Below, in pieces: positions 28,186 through 37,604 of a stretch of DNA of 64,000 nt. Origin of the DNA: Gemmatales bacterium. Its GTDB lineage: Bacteria; Planctomycetota; Planctomycetia; Gemmatales; HRBIN36. The DNA is taken from contig JBEPZY010000004.1 in the NCBI GenBank assembly GCA_041640595.1, positions 258,373-322,372 of the forward strand, written 5' to 3'. Both the position numbers and the translations under genes were made by a program. Under the pieces are notes generated by a model, which was given only the letters and a program-made list of their open reading frames with translations, ran no database searches and was not told the origin of the DNA. Each line of letters starts with the position of its first letter. Position 1 is the first letter of the stretch.

Positions 28186-29736
28186 ATGTTCCGCGGGCTG
28201 CACAAGCTGCCACCATTGACTGCAGCGTGGTTTGCGTTGCTATGCGTCTTGTTGCTGGCTTTGCGCAGCCTGGCCGATTACTCCCTCTCGCAACCGCATC
28301 AATGGTTCGACTTCGGACGCTGGCGCTGGCTGCACTGGCCGGACTACTTTGCTCTGGCCGGCAGTTTCGTTAGCGACGACTGGCAATTCCGTTTGCTAAC
28401 CTGGGGCGTATGGCCTGGGTATTTGCTCGTGCAGGGCCTGGTGGTCGTCATGCGGTTGCAGACGCTGCGTCTGCCGAAACGGTGGGTGCTGTTCCTTCTG
28501 GTGCCAGTGGTGAACCTGGTTTTCCTGCTTGTGCTAGTGCTGGTGCCCATTTTCCTGGAGAAAAGACTGCTGTCGGCACGACACCGCCCATCGGCCTGGC
28601 GGTTGCCCGAAACGAGTGGCGAGGTGGTACCGATGGCATCACCCGGCGAATCTCCGCCAGCTGCGACGCAGACCGGTACAGAAACTCCGACCGACGAACT
28701 GACCGCATTAGCTGCCGCATCGTCAACCAACCGCTGGCAAGCCTGGCACAAAGAGTCGGCTCGGCACAACCTGGTCAATGCGCTGATACTGACGCTTCTA
28801 CTGTTGGTTCCGCTGGGCTGGCTGCTGGTTTATGTCTCGGCAGACTTGAGCCAACAATACGGGATCACCTTATTCGTTCTGGGCCCATTCGTAGCCGGCT
28901 GGTTGACCGCGATGATCCTGCACCGGGCAGCGGGGGCGTCGCTGGGAGACTGTCTGTTGGGCTTTCTGATGGTGATGATACTCGGCGGGGCGGTTTTGCT
29001 GGCAGTGGGGATGGAGGGGTTGGTGTGCTTGCTGATGGCGTCGCCGCTGGTGATTACCGTGGGCATGGCCGGTTGCGCTATCGGCTACCTGTTCGCCCGG
29101 AGCACGTGGCTGGCCAATTTCCGCACCTGGTCGGCAGGCTTGCTGGTGATGGTCTGGCCGATCGGTCTGGCCACGGAAATCATCTCCTCGCCGGGACCCA
29201 CATTGCACGCCGTCCGCACGGAAATCATCGTCCAGGCTCCGGTCGAAGTGGTCTGGAAGGCGACCATCTCGTTCGAGGAATTGCCGGAACCCAGGGAAGA
29301 AATGTTTCGGCTGGGAGTGGCGTATCCGGTAGCGGCGAAGATTGCCGGACAAGGTGCGGGAGCGGTGCGTCATTGCATTTTCAACACCGGCAGCTTTGTC
29401 GAGCCGATTCAGGTCTGGCAACCGCCGTTTTTGCTCCGCTTTGCCGTGACGGATCAACCGCCACCTATGCAGGAACTTTCCCCCTGGCCAATTGATCCGC
29501 CGCATTTGCACGGCTGCCTGGTGTGTCGGCAGGGAGAGTTTCGCCTGGAGCCGATGGGTCCCCATCAGACGCGCCTGATTGGCACGACCTGGTACGAGTT
29601 GCACATGTGGCCGGAATGGTACTGGCATGTGTGGAGCGACTATTGCATTCACCAGATTCACAACCGTGTGTTGCGGCACATCGCCAATCTCGCCGAAACG
29701 CACGCGGCAGAAGATGCCGCCAACCCCCGGCCCTGA
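28186..29736 (+). CDS. Polytopic membrane protein with C-terminal SRPBCC/START-like domain (DUF805-like N-terminus)
   Basis: Many TM helices, MEGLVCLLMASPL motif, VRTEIIVQAPVEVVW...GAVRHCIF...IHQIHNRVLRHI. Confidence 0.78.
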   Translation: MFRGLHKLPPLTAAWFALLCVLLLALRSLADYSLSQPHQWFDFGRWRWLHWPDYFALAGSFVSDDWQFRLLTWGVWPGYLLVQGLVVVMRLQTLRLPKRWVLFLLVPVVNLVFLLVLVLVPIFLEKRLLSARHRPSAWRLPETSGEVVPMASPGESPPAATQTGTETPTDELTALAAASSTNRWQAWHKESARHNLVNALILTLLLLVPLGWLLVYVSADLSQQYGITLFVLGPFVAGWLTAMILHRAAGASLGDCLLGFLMVMILGGAVLLAVGMEGLVCLLMASPLVITVGMAGCAIGYLFARSTWLANFRTWSAGLLVMVWPIGLATEIISSPGPTLHAVRTEIIVQAPVEVVWKATISFEELPEPREEMFRLGVAYPVAAKIAGQGAGAVRHCIFNTGSFVEPIQVWQPPFLLRFAVTDQPPPMQELSPWPIDPPHLHGCLVCRQGEFRLEPMGPHQTRLIGTTWYELHMWPEWYWHVWSDYCIHQIHNRVLRHIANLAETHAAEDAANPRP

Positions 29737-29817
29737 TTCCACTCGGGGCCGACGATGAAGATGATTGGTCCGCAAAGCAGCACCTTGCAGCGACCCGGCG
29801 ATCCGGAGGCGGCCATC

Positions 29818-29968
29818 GGTAAGCGAAACGGACTCGGCGAACGATTACCTTAGACGAGACAGTCTAACCAGGATGTACCGACTGGTAAGCGAAACGGGCT
29901 CGGCGAACGATGCCATGCAGGTTGGGCCTGACCACAAACTCGGTACGCTGGTAAGTGAAGCGGGGTGG
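29818..29968. repeat. CRISPR-like mini array: 28-nt repeat x3 (third degenerate), two distinct 38-nt spacers, period 66
   Basis: GGTAAGCGAAACGGRCTCGGCGAACGAT at 29818 and 29884; GGTAAGTGAAGCGGG at 29950. Confidence 0.75.
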
Positions 29969-30285
29969 ATTAAGGCTGGCGGCGCAGATTGAAGATGACA
30001 GAAGCTGCTACGGGGCCGAGAAATGCAAGCCTGATGAACTGTTACCGGTGTGCGCTCCTGGCTCAGCTTTTGCAGGAGCTGCTATCGGTCTGAAAAACGT
30101 AAGCGTACTGAAGTGGTGAGCGGAGATGGGTACTGCCAGCAATAACGCTATTGCTTACGACATCGGGAAAGCCCGTGCATTGCAAGCGGCAAGACCGAAA
30201 ATAGGAGCCGTCAGGGAACAAACGCCGGGGCCATCTTCCGGGAACATGCAAACGTCCTCGGAATACAAAATGCGGAGATAGTTCG

Positions 30286-31029
30286 ATGTACGTGCCGGAA
30301 CTGCAAGGGGTCATCGCTCGCCGGTTGTTGCTCAATTACCGCGTAAGTCCGGAGGTGCTGGAGCGGCTTTTACCCGCGCCGTTTCGACCGAAGCTGTATC
30401 GCGGATATGGCATAGCCGGAGTGTGTCTGATACGGTTTCGGCAGTTGCGACCGCGTGGATTACCGGCCGTGTGTGGTTTTTCGTCGGAAAATGCGGCATT
30501 TCGCGTGGCGGTCTGCTGGCGAGAGAATGGCCGCGATCGTGATGGCGTTTTCATCTGGAAACGTCTGACCAACTCTCGATGCAATGCCTGGCTGGGCGGC
30601 TGGCTTTTCCCGACGGTGCTGCGTTACGCGCGATTCCGAGTCACGGAAACGTCCTCCCGCTTGACGATCAGCGTTTCGGAAAGCGGGGACGAAGATTTAC
30701 GCGTGGTGGCGGAGCGAGTCCAACAGTGGCAGGGAAATTCGGTTTTCGCACATTTACAGGAAGCCGCGGAGTTTTTCTGGCAGGGAGCGATGGGATATTC
30801 GCCGGGACTTGAGCCGGGGCGATACGAAGGGATCGAACTGCACTGCCCGCGGTGGGAAGTAGAACCGTTGCGTCTGCTGGAAGCTCGCTGTCGGTTTTAC
30901 GAAGCCCCGTCGCGTTTTCCCGCGGGTTCGATTGTGCTGGATAGTGCACTGTTGATGCGGGCCAAGGAGCATAGCTGGCAAAGTTTGCCGAGCATTTGCT
31001 GTAGCGGCAGGCAAGCAGCGGCAGTTTGA
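30286..31029 (+). CDS. DUF2071 (YqjF-like) family protein
   Basis: RRLLLNYRVSPEVLERLLPAPFRP, GVCLIR, SSENAAFRVAV, DSALLMR. Confidence 0.75.
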   Translation: MYVPELQGVIARRLLLNYRVSPEVLERLLPAPFRPKLYRGYGIAGVCLIRFRQLRPRGLPAVCGFSSENAAFRVAVCWRENGRDRDGVFIWKRLTNSRCNAWLGGWLFPTVLRYARFRVTETSSRLTISVSESGDEDLRVVAERVQQWQGNSVFAHLQEAAEFFWQGAMGYSPGLEPGRYEGIELHCPRWEVEPLRLLEARCRFYEAPSRFPAGSIVLDSALLMRAKEHSWQSLPSICCSGRQAAAV

Positions 31030-31082
31030 GCGAGAGGTCGGCGGCACTGCGCGTGCCGATGGGATACGGAAGTCCGGCGGGG

Positions 31083-33230
31083 CTACTCTTCTTCCTCTTC
31101 CTCAGCAGCGCGGGCAGCTTTGGCGACGATCTGTTGCTGAATATGGGCGGGCACCTGATCGTAATGGCTGAACTCCATAGTGTAGGAGCCCTGGCCCTGA
31201 GTGATACTGCCGAGCACTGCCGCATAACGAGTCACTTCCGCCAGAGGCACCCGGGCCCGGATGACTTGCAGGTCGCCGGGCAAGGTATCCTGGTTTTCGA
31301 TGCGTGCCCGTCGAGTGTTGAGGTCGCCGAGAATGGCTCCGGTGAACCGCGACGGAACGGTAACCTCCATCAGCACGATCGGCTCCAGCAGCACCGGTTT
31401 GGCGTTGAGCACGCCATTTTTGAACGCCACTCGCGCTGCCGTCTTGAACGCCGCTTCCGAGCTATCCACCGGATGATCCTTACCGAAATAGATTTCCACG
31501 CCGATATCCTGCATGCGATATCCGGCCAGGGCGCCTTTCTCCATGACTTCCATGCAGCCTTTGTAAACGGCGGGCATGAACTGGTTGGGGATCACGCCAC
31601 CGACAATGCAGTCCACAAAGGCGAAGTTGTATTCGGGATTGTAAATGCAAAACTCCTCGCGGATCTCTGGGAAACGCTCCTTGTTCATGAAGCGTTTGCG
31701 GCATTCCTCTTCGGTGGTGATGTCGCGCGGCAGGGGATAGACGCGCAGGTGCACTTCGCCAAACTGTCCGCGACCACCGGTCTGCTTCTTGTGGCGGTGC
31801 TGACCTTCGCCCATCGCGGTGACCGTTTCGCGATAGGGGATTTTCGGTTCCTTGGTAACGACTTCGAGGTCGAATCGCCGTTTCAGCCGGGCCTGGATGA
31901 TGTCCAGGTGCAACTGACTGACGCCGGTCACCACCAGTTCGCGGGTTTGCGGATCCCGGGTGACTTTGAAGGTGGGGTCTTCCTCGGCCATTTTGGCGAG
32001 GCTGACGGAAATCTTCTGCTCATCGCCGCGACTTTTCGGTTCGATGGCCAGGCCATACATCGGTGTCGGGAAGGTGGGCATGGGCAATTGCCAGCCATCC
32101 GGAGACAGGGTATCGCCGATTCGCAAATCCTCGACCTTGGCGACGGCAAAAATGTCGCCGGCAATGGCTTCGGTCAGCGGTTTGGTAGTTTTGCCATGCA
32201 CCTGCAACAAACCAGGGGAGCGCTGCGACTTGCCGGTGCGTGCATTGGCAATCGGCGTGTCGCTGCTCATCTGGCCGGAGAACAGTCGGATGAAGCTCAG
32301 GATGCCGACGAAGCGATCGTTGAGCACCTTGAAGACCTGACCCACCAGCGGACCGGTTTCGCTGGCTTCCAGTTTCAGGGTTTCAACCTGGCCGTTACGG
32401 GTACGGCTGGCCATACGCGGTCGGGCTTGCGCAGGCGAGAGGGCCCAGTCCACCAGGGCATCCATCAGCTCTGCCACGCCAACGTCCTTTTTGGCGGACG
32501 CAAACAGGATCGGAACGACCGCCCCGCTAGCCAGTGCCCGCGGCAGAACGCTCAACAACTCCTCTGCCGTCACCTCGCCCTCGGTGAGATATTTCTCCAT
32601 CAACGCATCGTCGGTTTCGACGATGGCGTCTATCAGCTGGCTGCGTGCGCTTTGGAAGTCGAGCAGCAAACCGTCGGGAATTTGCTGCGGTGGCTTCAAA
32701 AGATTAACCACACCGCGAAACTCGGAACCCAAACCGATCGGCACCTGGAACGGCACACATCCTTTGCCGAAGGTCTGTTGAATCTGCCGGAGCAGAGCCT
32801 CGAACTGAATGTTGTCGGCGTCCATCTTGTTGATGACGATCATGCGGGCCAGCTCCAGCCGTTTCGCCTCCTGAAAAAGCCGACGGGTGTTGACTTCGAT
32901 GCCGGCAGGAGCGTTGATGATCAGCACGGCTGTTTCGGTGGCATGCAATGCGCACAGGGCCTGGCCGATGAAATCGGGATAGCCGGGCGTGTCCAACAGG
33001 TGGAGTTTTTTGCCGCCGTATTCCAGCGTCAGCACCTTGGTGTCGATGGTGGCGCGGCGTTTCTTTTCTTCGTCGTCGTAATCGCAAAAGCTGGTCCCAT
33101 CGTCCACGCTGCCCCGCCGGTCCACCGCTTTGGCCCGGAAAAGCAGCGTGTCCAGCAGCGTGGTCTTACCCGAAGCGCTGTGACCCACGAACGCGACGTT
33201 CCGAATGTCCTCGACCCGGTATTTGCTCAT
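31083..33230 (-). CDS. fusA: Elongation factor G-like protein (EF-G II type)
   Basis: GHSASGKTTL, DTPGYPDF, NKMD; domain IV KKQTGGRGQFGEV and HPVDSSEAAF; switch I reads RRATI instead of RGITI. Confidence 0.92.
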   Translation of the reverse strand: MSKYRVEDIRNVAFVGHSASGKTTLLDTLLFRAKAVDRRGSVDDGTSFCDYDDEEKKRRATIDTKVLTLEYGGKKLHLLDTPGYPDFIGQALCALHATETAVLIINAPAGIEVNTRRLFQEAKRLELARMIVINKMDADNIQFEALLRQIQQTFGKGCVPFQVPIGLGSEFRGVVNLLKPPQQIPDGLLLDFQSARSQLIDAIVETDDALMEKYLTEGEVTAEELLSVLPRALASGAVVPILFASAKKDVGVAELMDALVDWALSPAQARPRMASRTRNGQVETLKLEASETGPLVGQVFKVLNDRFVGILSFIRLFSGQMSSDTPIANARTGKSQRSPGLLQVHGKTTKPLTEAIAGDIFAVAKVEDLRIGDTLSPDGWQLPMPTFPTPMYGLAIEPKSRGDEQKISVSLAKMAEEDPTFKVTRDPQTRELVVTGVSQLHLDIIQARLKRRFDLEVVTKEPKIPYRETVTAMGEGQHRHKKQTGGRGQFGEVHLRVYPLPRDITTEEECRKRFMNKERFPEIREEFCIYNPEYNFAFVDCIVGGVIPNQFMPAVYKGCMEVMEKGALAGYRMQDIGVEIYFGKDHPVDSSEAAFKTAARVAFKNGVLNAKPVLLEPIVLMEVTVPSRFTGAILGDLNTRRARIENQDTLPGDLQVIRARVPLAEVTRYAAVLGSITQGQGSYTMEFSHYDQVPAHIQQQIVAKAARAAEEEEEE

Positions 33231-33324
33231 GCTCGCATCCCTTCCACTGTCTCAGCGTGCCAAGCAAAATATGGCACTAGTATATGCTACGAATCGTTTG
33301 TGGAAACCGACACGGTGCCACCTG

Positions 33325-34047
33325 TCAGCAGGCAGATGGCGACTGCTTCAGGGCCTGGTGCAAATTAATGCGGCCTTCGTAGAGCGCTTTGCCGATGATG
33401 CACCCGGCCACTCCGGCGGCTTGCAGTTGGGCAAGGTCGGCCAGACTGCTGATCCCGCCCGAAGCGATTAGCGGTAAGCGGCACCGTTGCACCAGTGGCT
33501 GGAACCGCCGGGCATCCACGCCGCACAACATGCCGTCCCGGCCGATGTCGGTGATAATGAAACCGGCCAGGGGCCAATCCGCGAAACGTTCCAGCACCTC
33601 TTCCACTCGCAGGGTAGTGGTGTTCTGCCAGCCGTGAGTTGCCACCAGCCCATCCCGCACGTCCACACTCAGGTACAACCGCTGCGGATAGCGCTGCACC
33701 ATACTCTCGAACCAGGCCGGGTCCTGAAACGCTCGTGTGCCCACGATACACCAGCTGACACCACAATCCCAGGCAGCCTGCAAATCCGCTTCGCACCGCA
33801 GTCCACCTCCGAACTGGCAGGGAATACCCGCCTCGCTGACAATTCTCCGCACCACGGGCCAGTGTTGCGGCGAACCGGTCCGCGCACCGTCGAGATCCAC
33901 CAGGTGCAATCGCGGCGCTCCCGACCGGGCAAATTCCCGCGCCACGGCGACCGGATCGTCCGCGTACACCCGAACCTCGGCGAAATCTCCCTGCCGCAAC
34001 CGGACACACCGACCCGCCTGCAAATCAATCGCCGGAATAATCAGCAT
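33325..34047 (-). CDS. hisA: ProFAR isomerase
   Basis: IIPAIDLQAGRCVRLRQG, HLVDLDGA, GGGLR, TDIGRDGML, ASGG, GKALYEG. Confidence 0.96.
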   Translation of the reverse strand: MLIIPAIDLQAGRCVRLRQGDFAEVRVYADDPVAVAREFARSGAPRLHLVDLDGARTGSPQHWPVVRRIVSEAGIPCQFGGGLRCEADLQAAWDCGVSWCIVGTRAFQDPAWFESMVQRYPQRLYLSVDVRDGLVATHGWQNTTTLRVEEVLERFADWPLAGFIITDIGRDGMLCGVDARRFQPLVQRCRLPLIASGGISSLADLAQLQAAGVAGCIIGKALYEGRINLHQALKQSPSAC

Positions 34048-34079
34048 CGCGGTTTCCCCGTCTTCATCATGCAATCACG

Positions 34080-34645
34080 CCACGGCGACCTGACGCCCGC
34101 CGCTCTTGATGCTCGCTTCGCTGGTCGCCGAGTAATCTTCGATTCTCACGGCACATCGTCGGTACGTTACACCACGGCGGGCTGACGCCCGCCGCTCTTC
34201 GTGTGTGTGCGTATGTCCATCGACAATGTCGCTTTTTGCAGTGAGCGTAGCGTCATGCAGCCAAGAGCGGGGGGCGTAAGCCCCCCCGTGGCAAGATCAG
34301 TGTACCCGTTGGTGCGAAGCGCGTATCTGCAATGACATCCGCACATGCAGCCAAGAGCGGGGGGGCGTAAGCCCCCCGTGGTGCGCGAACGTGCTCGCTC
34401 CGGGAAAAACTCGCGCCATTGCAGATGCGTTTCGTTCCCACGGCGGGCTGACGCCCGCCGCTCTTGCTGCTCGCTTCGCCAGTCGCCGGACAATCTTCGA
34501 TTCTCACGGCACATCGTCGGTACGTTACACCACGGCGGGCTGACGCTCGCCGCTCTTGATGAGTGCGACTGCCTGCCGGTGAATTGCGGTTGACCATCCA
34601 CGGTTCGACACCATCGCCACGGCGGGCTGACGCCCGCGGCTCTTC
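34080..34645. repeat. REP-like palindrome cluster C (7 copies) between hisH and hisA
   Basis: CCACGGCGGGCTGACGCCCGCCGCTC-type at 34080, 34172, 34438, 34530, 34617; inverted GGGGGGC variant at 34262 and 34352. Confidence 0.92.
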
Positions 34646-34661
34646 GTGTGTGTGCGTCTAT

Positions 34662-35270
34662 TCAGCGCAGGGAGGCGAAATTGGCCAGCATCCGCAAGCC
34701 GACTTGCTGGCTTTTTTCCGGGTGAAACTGCGTGGCGAAAAGCCGGCCTCGCCACACTGCCGAGGTAAACCAGCCGCCATACTCCGTGCGTGCCGCTACC
34801 ACTTCCGCTTCGGCTGGCACCGCGTAGTACGAATGCACAAAGTAAACATAACTGCCGCTGGGCACCTCCGCGAACAGGGGACATTCCCCCGTGTGCACCA
34901 CCTGATTCCAGCCCATGTGCGGCACTTTCAGGCCCGGTACCTCGGCAAACCGCACCACTTCGCCACGCAAAATTCCCAAACCGCTGTGCTCGCCGTCCTC
35001 GTAACTTTTCTCGAAAAGCAGCTGCAATCCCAGACAGATGCCCAGAAAGGGCTTGTCGGCGGCGATGTGCTCGCGGATCGGTACGACCAGTCGGGCCTGA
35101 CGCAATCGGTTCATGGCATCGCGGAACGCCCCCACGCCGGGAAGGATCAATTTATCGGCCTGAGCAATCGTGTGCGGATCGGATGTAATGACGGCATGGT
35201 AGCCCAGTTTTTCCAGGGCTTTTTGCACGCTCCGCAGGTTTCCCATGCCGTAATCCACAATGGCAATCAT
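34662..35270 (-). CDS. hisH: Imidazole glycerol phosphate synthase glutaminase subunit
   Basis: [46 protein letters not shown]. Confidence 0.97.
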   Translation of the reverse strand: MIAIVDYGMGNLRSVQKALEKLGYHAVITSDPHTIAQADKLILPGVGAFRDAMNRLRQARLVVPIREHIAADKPFLGICLGLQLLFEKSYEDGEHSGLGILRGEVVRFAEVPGLKVPHMGWNQVVHTGECPLFAEVPSGSYVYFVHSYYAVPAEAEVVAARTEYGGWFTSAVWRGRLFATQFHPEKSQQVGLRMLANFASLR

Positions 35271-35398
35271 GCTCCGCAGCCCGTACCGAGACGCTCAGAG
35301 GCCATCGGTGGCACAAGTCCAGGCCCTCAGCCCTGCGTGCTTGCCGACCGATTACCATCATACGCACTGGTGAAACGCAGGTGCGACGGCGGCAGCGA

Positions 35399-36589
35399 TT
35401 ATTCTGCGGCCAGCACAAGTGCCACCATTCGCCAAACCAGTGCCAGCACCACTGCCAGCAGGGCGAAAGCGGAACCCAGCAAAAGCAGCAACGGCAAATC
35501 GAAAAGGACACCCTGCAACGGTCGGAGCAGCCACGAACCAGCCAGTTGCGTCACCAGTCCGCCGCCTGCTAGAAACGGGCCGAACGGTAACTCCCGGCTG
35601 CGAGCCGTAATCAGCAGAAACAACCCATAGCCCAGCGCCAGAAAGACACCTACCACCAGCGTCACCAGCACGCCCTGCCAGCCGACAAACGCACCGATGA
35701 GCATCATCAAATCGGCATCGCCGAGCCCGAGGGCTTCCTTGCGGAACGCCCACGAGAACAGTGCTCGAATGAGCCGCAACAACACCGTCCCGAAAAGCGC
35801 TCCCACCACAGCACTAACCAGTCCCGTCCACCAGGCGCCCGGCGGCAACCAGTTAGGCAAAGGAAACCAGAAGGGCCAGGGTTGCACACCCAGCGGCACC
35901 GGCAGGAACAACTCGTCCACCACTATTCCGCCATAACGCACCAGCTCCCGTTCCCAGGAGGACAAATTCGGCATCTCCGCAGCCAGGGGCCAGGGCCAGG
36001 AGGCCAGCGATCCGGCCAAACATCCCAGCAGCGTGCCGGTCACCGTCCACCGCAGCGGAATGGTCATGGTATCAATGTCGGTAAAGGTCGCCACCAGAAG
36101 CAGTGCCAGAAACACCACGTCGTAGAGCCAGACGCTCAGCAATCGCGCCGCCAGCTTTTCCTGCAGCGCCCGCAACCGTAACTCCGGTTCCAGTTGTTCC
36201 AGCCCCTGCAATTGTTCCCGGGAAAACAGCACTCCGCCCGGCTGGCGAGTAAAACCGTGGCCATCCCGCTGCACCACAAACCAGAAGCACGCCACAAACA
36301 GCACCGCTGTCAACAACTCCACCCAGAAATATCGCATCGAAAACGCCTGGCCACATTGCCGACATCGGCCACGCAAGACCCAGTAGCTGACCAGGGGAAT
36401 GTTGTCGTACCAGCGGATGGGCTGACCGCAACTGCCGCAACGCGAGCCCGGCCAGAAGATACTTTGTCCCGCCGGCAGCCGGTAGATGCAGACGTTCAGG
36501 AAACTGCCGACTATCGCCCCCAGTACAAACACTACCGCTGCCACCAGCCACGGATAATCCAGTACCAATCCGCCAATCAGTGCTGACAC
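35399..36589 (-). CDS. pilD: Prepilin peptidase (A24)
   Basis: GSFLNVCIYRLP, SRCGSC, WYDNIP..S...LRGRCRQC, DIDTMTIP, LGLGD, PFGPFLA; GTG start at 36589 after GGAG (uncertain). Confidence 0.9.
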   Translation of the reverse strand: MSALIGGLVLDYPWLVAAVVFVLGAIVGSFLNVCIYRLPAGQSIFWPGSRCGSCGQPIRWYDNIPLVSYWVLRGRCRQCGQAFSMRYFWVELLTAVLFVACFWFVVQRDGHGFTRQPGGVLFSREQLQGLEQLEPELRLRALQEKLAARLLSVWLYDVVFLALLLVATFTDIDTMTIPLRWTVTGTLLGCLAGSLASWPWPLAAEMPNLSSWERELVRYGGIVVDELFLPVPLGVQPWPFWFPLPNWLPPGAWWTGLVSAVVGALFGTVLLRLIRALFSWAFRKEALGLGDADLMMLIGAFVGWQGVLVTLVVGVFLALGYGLFLLITARSRELPFGPFLAGGGLVTQLAGSWLLRPLQGVLFDLPLLLLLGSAFALLAVVLALVWRMVALVLAAE

Positions 36590-36750
36590 AATCCTGCTCC
36601 CGGTGCGTGAAGACTTTTTCCTGTTCGAGCCGCAGCTGGGTTTTAGACCCCGGATGCCAGCGGTAGCAGAGCGGCACTCACCCGCCATGCCATAGCTGGC
36701 TTTACCAAGCATATTACATTTTTCGTCCCCCGAGAGCGACAACCTCTCCC

Positions 36751-36990
36751 TCGCCAGTCTTTTGTGCGAGCATTCGAAATTCGCAAGCCTCGGCATTGTC
36801 TTCGTCGCTAATTGCAAGGAAGTTGCCGGACTCTTGTACACGTGCGTTTGAAATTCGCAAGCCTCTGGGCTAGGCTTACGGGCACGACCACCACTCCATC
36901 GCCACTCTTGTGGACGTGCATCCTGGCGAAAAGCAGGAGTATGTCTGCAAGTTCACTGCGCTTCATCGCCACTCTTGTGCACATGCATTG
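36751..36990. repeat. Degenerate repeat-spacer units (periods 74 and 67) derived from a REP 3' flank
   Basis: GAAATTCGCAAGCCTC at 36776/36850; CATCGCCACTCTTGTG.AC.TGCAT at 36897/36964. Confidence 0.75.
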
Positions 36991-37035
36991 TCCGTTACAG
37001 ACGGCGATTCTGCGAATCATCGCATCGCCATCCAC

Positions 37036-37238
37036 CAGGAGCGGCTGACGTAAGCCAGCCGTGGGAAAAGATGCGTACTCGTTGGCGCGAAGCGCGTATC
37101 TGCAATGACATCCGCACATGCAGCCAAGAGCGGGGGGCGTAAGCCCCCCGTGGTGCGCGAACGTACTCGCTCCGGGAAAAACTCGCGCCATTGCAGATGC
37201 GTTTCGTTCCCACGGCGGGCTGACGCCCGCCGCTCTTG
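37036..37238. repeat. REP-like palindrome cluster D (3 copies)
   Basis: Inverted GGCTG variant at 37036, inverted GGGGGG variant at 37125, GGCGGG variant at 37210. Confidence 0.9.
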
Positions 37239-37272
37239 ATTGCTGCTTGCGGTGGGTTTGGACGGAGATGAT

Positions 37273-37570
37273 GGTGCGAACGGAATTGTTGCGATGGTTT
37301 TTTGCGAAGGAGAAAGGCTGAGAAATTAGCGGTCCGGAACGGCGCCGGTGCTATGGAAACTGTTGCGATGGTTTTTTGTGGAGACCTGGCATCAGGGCTC
37401 CGGTCGGGCGACGTGGGTAAAGCGATGGAAGCGGTTGCGATTGTGGCTTTTGCGTGGAAAGGTGCAATAATCAAAATGGAGATGTGCATGCTGAATGCGT
37501 GGATTTAGGATTTGTTCTGGGTCTTGGTCCCGCGGTGCAATAATCAAAATGGAGATGTGCGTGCTGAATG
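37273..37570. repeat. Two adjacent repeat-spacer units of the ~74-bp class
   Basis: GGTGC..GGAA..GTTGCGATGGTTTTTTG at 37273/37347 (degenerate third copy near 37420); 37-nt GGTGCAATAATCAAAATGGAGATGTGCRTGCTGAATG at 37461/37534. Confidence 0.85.
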
Positions 37571-37604
37571 GCGGGCATGGCTCTGAGCTGATGAGTGGGA
37601 AACG

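Noticed and set aside
31026..33368. Long antisense ORFs (780 aa here; also 25889-27001, 38316-39902, 47352-48857, 49306-51117) and the alternate-frame ORF 60855-62537
   Set aside because: Shadow frames of well-supported genes in high-GC DNA.
36823..36856. Resemblance of ..ACTCTT..GTGCGTTTGAAAT to type I-C CRISPR repeats
   Set aside because: Better explained by the REP 3' end plus linker (GCTCTTGTGAACGTGCGTTTG) seen in other clusters; no internal hairpin.
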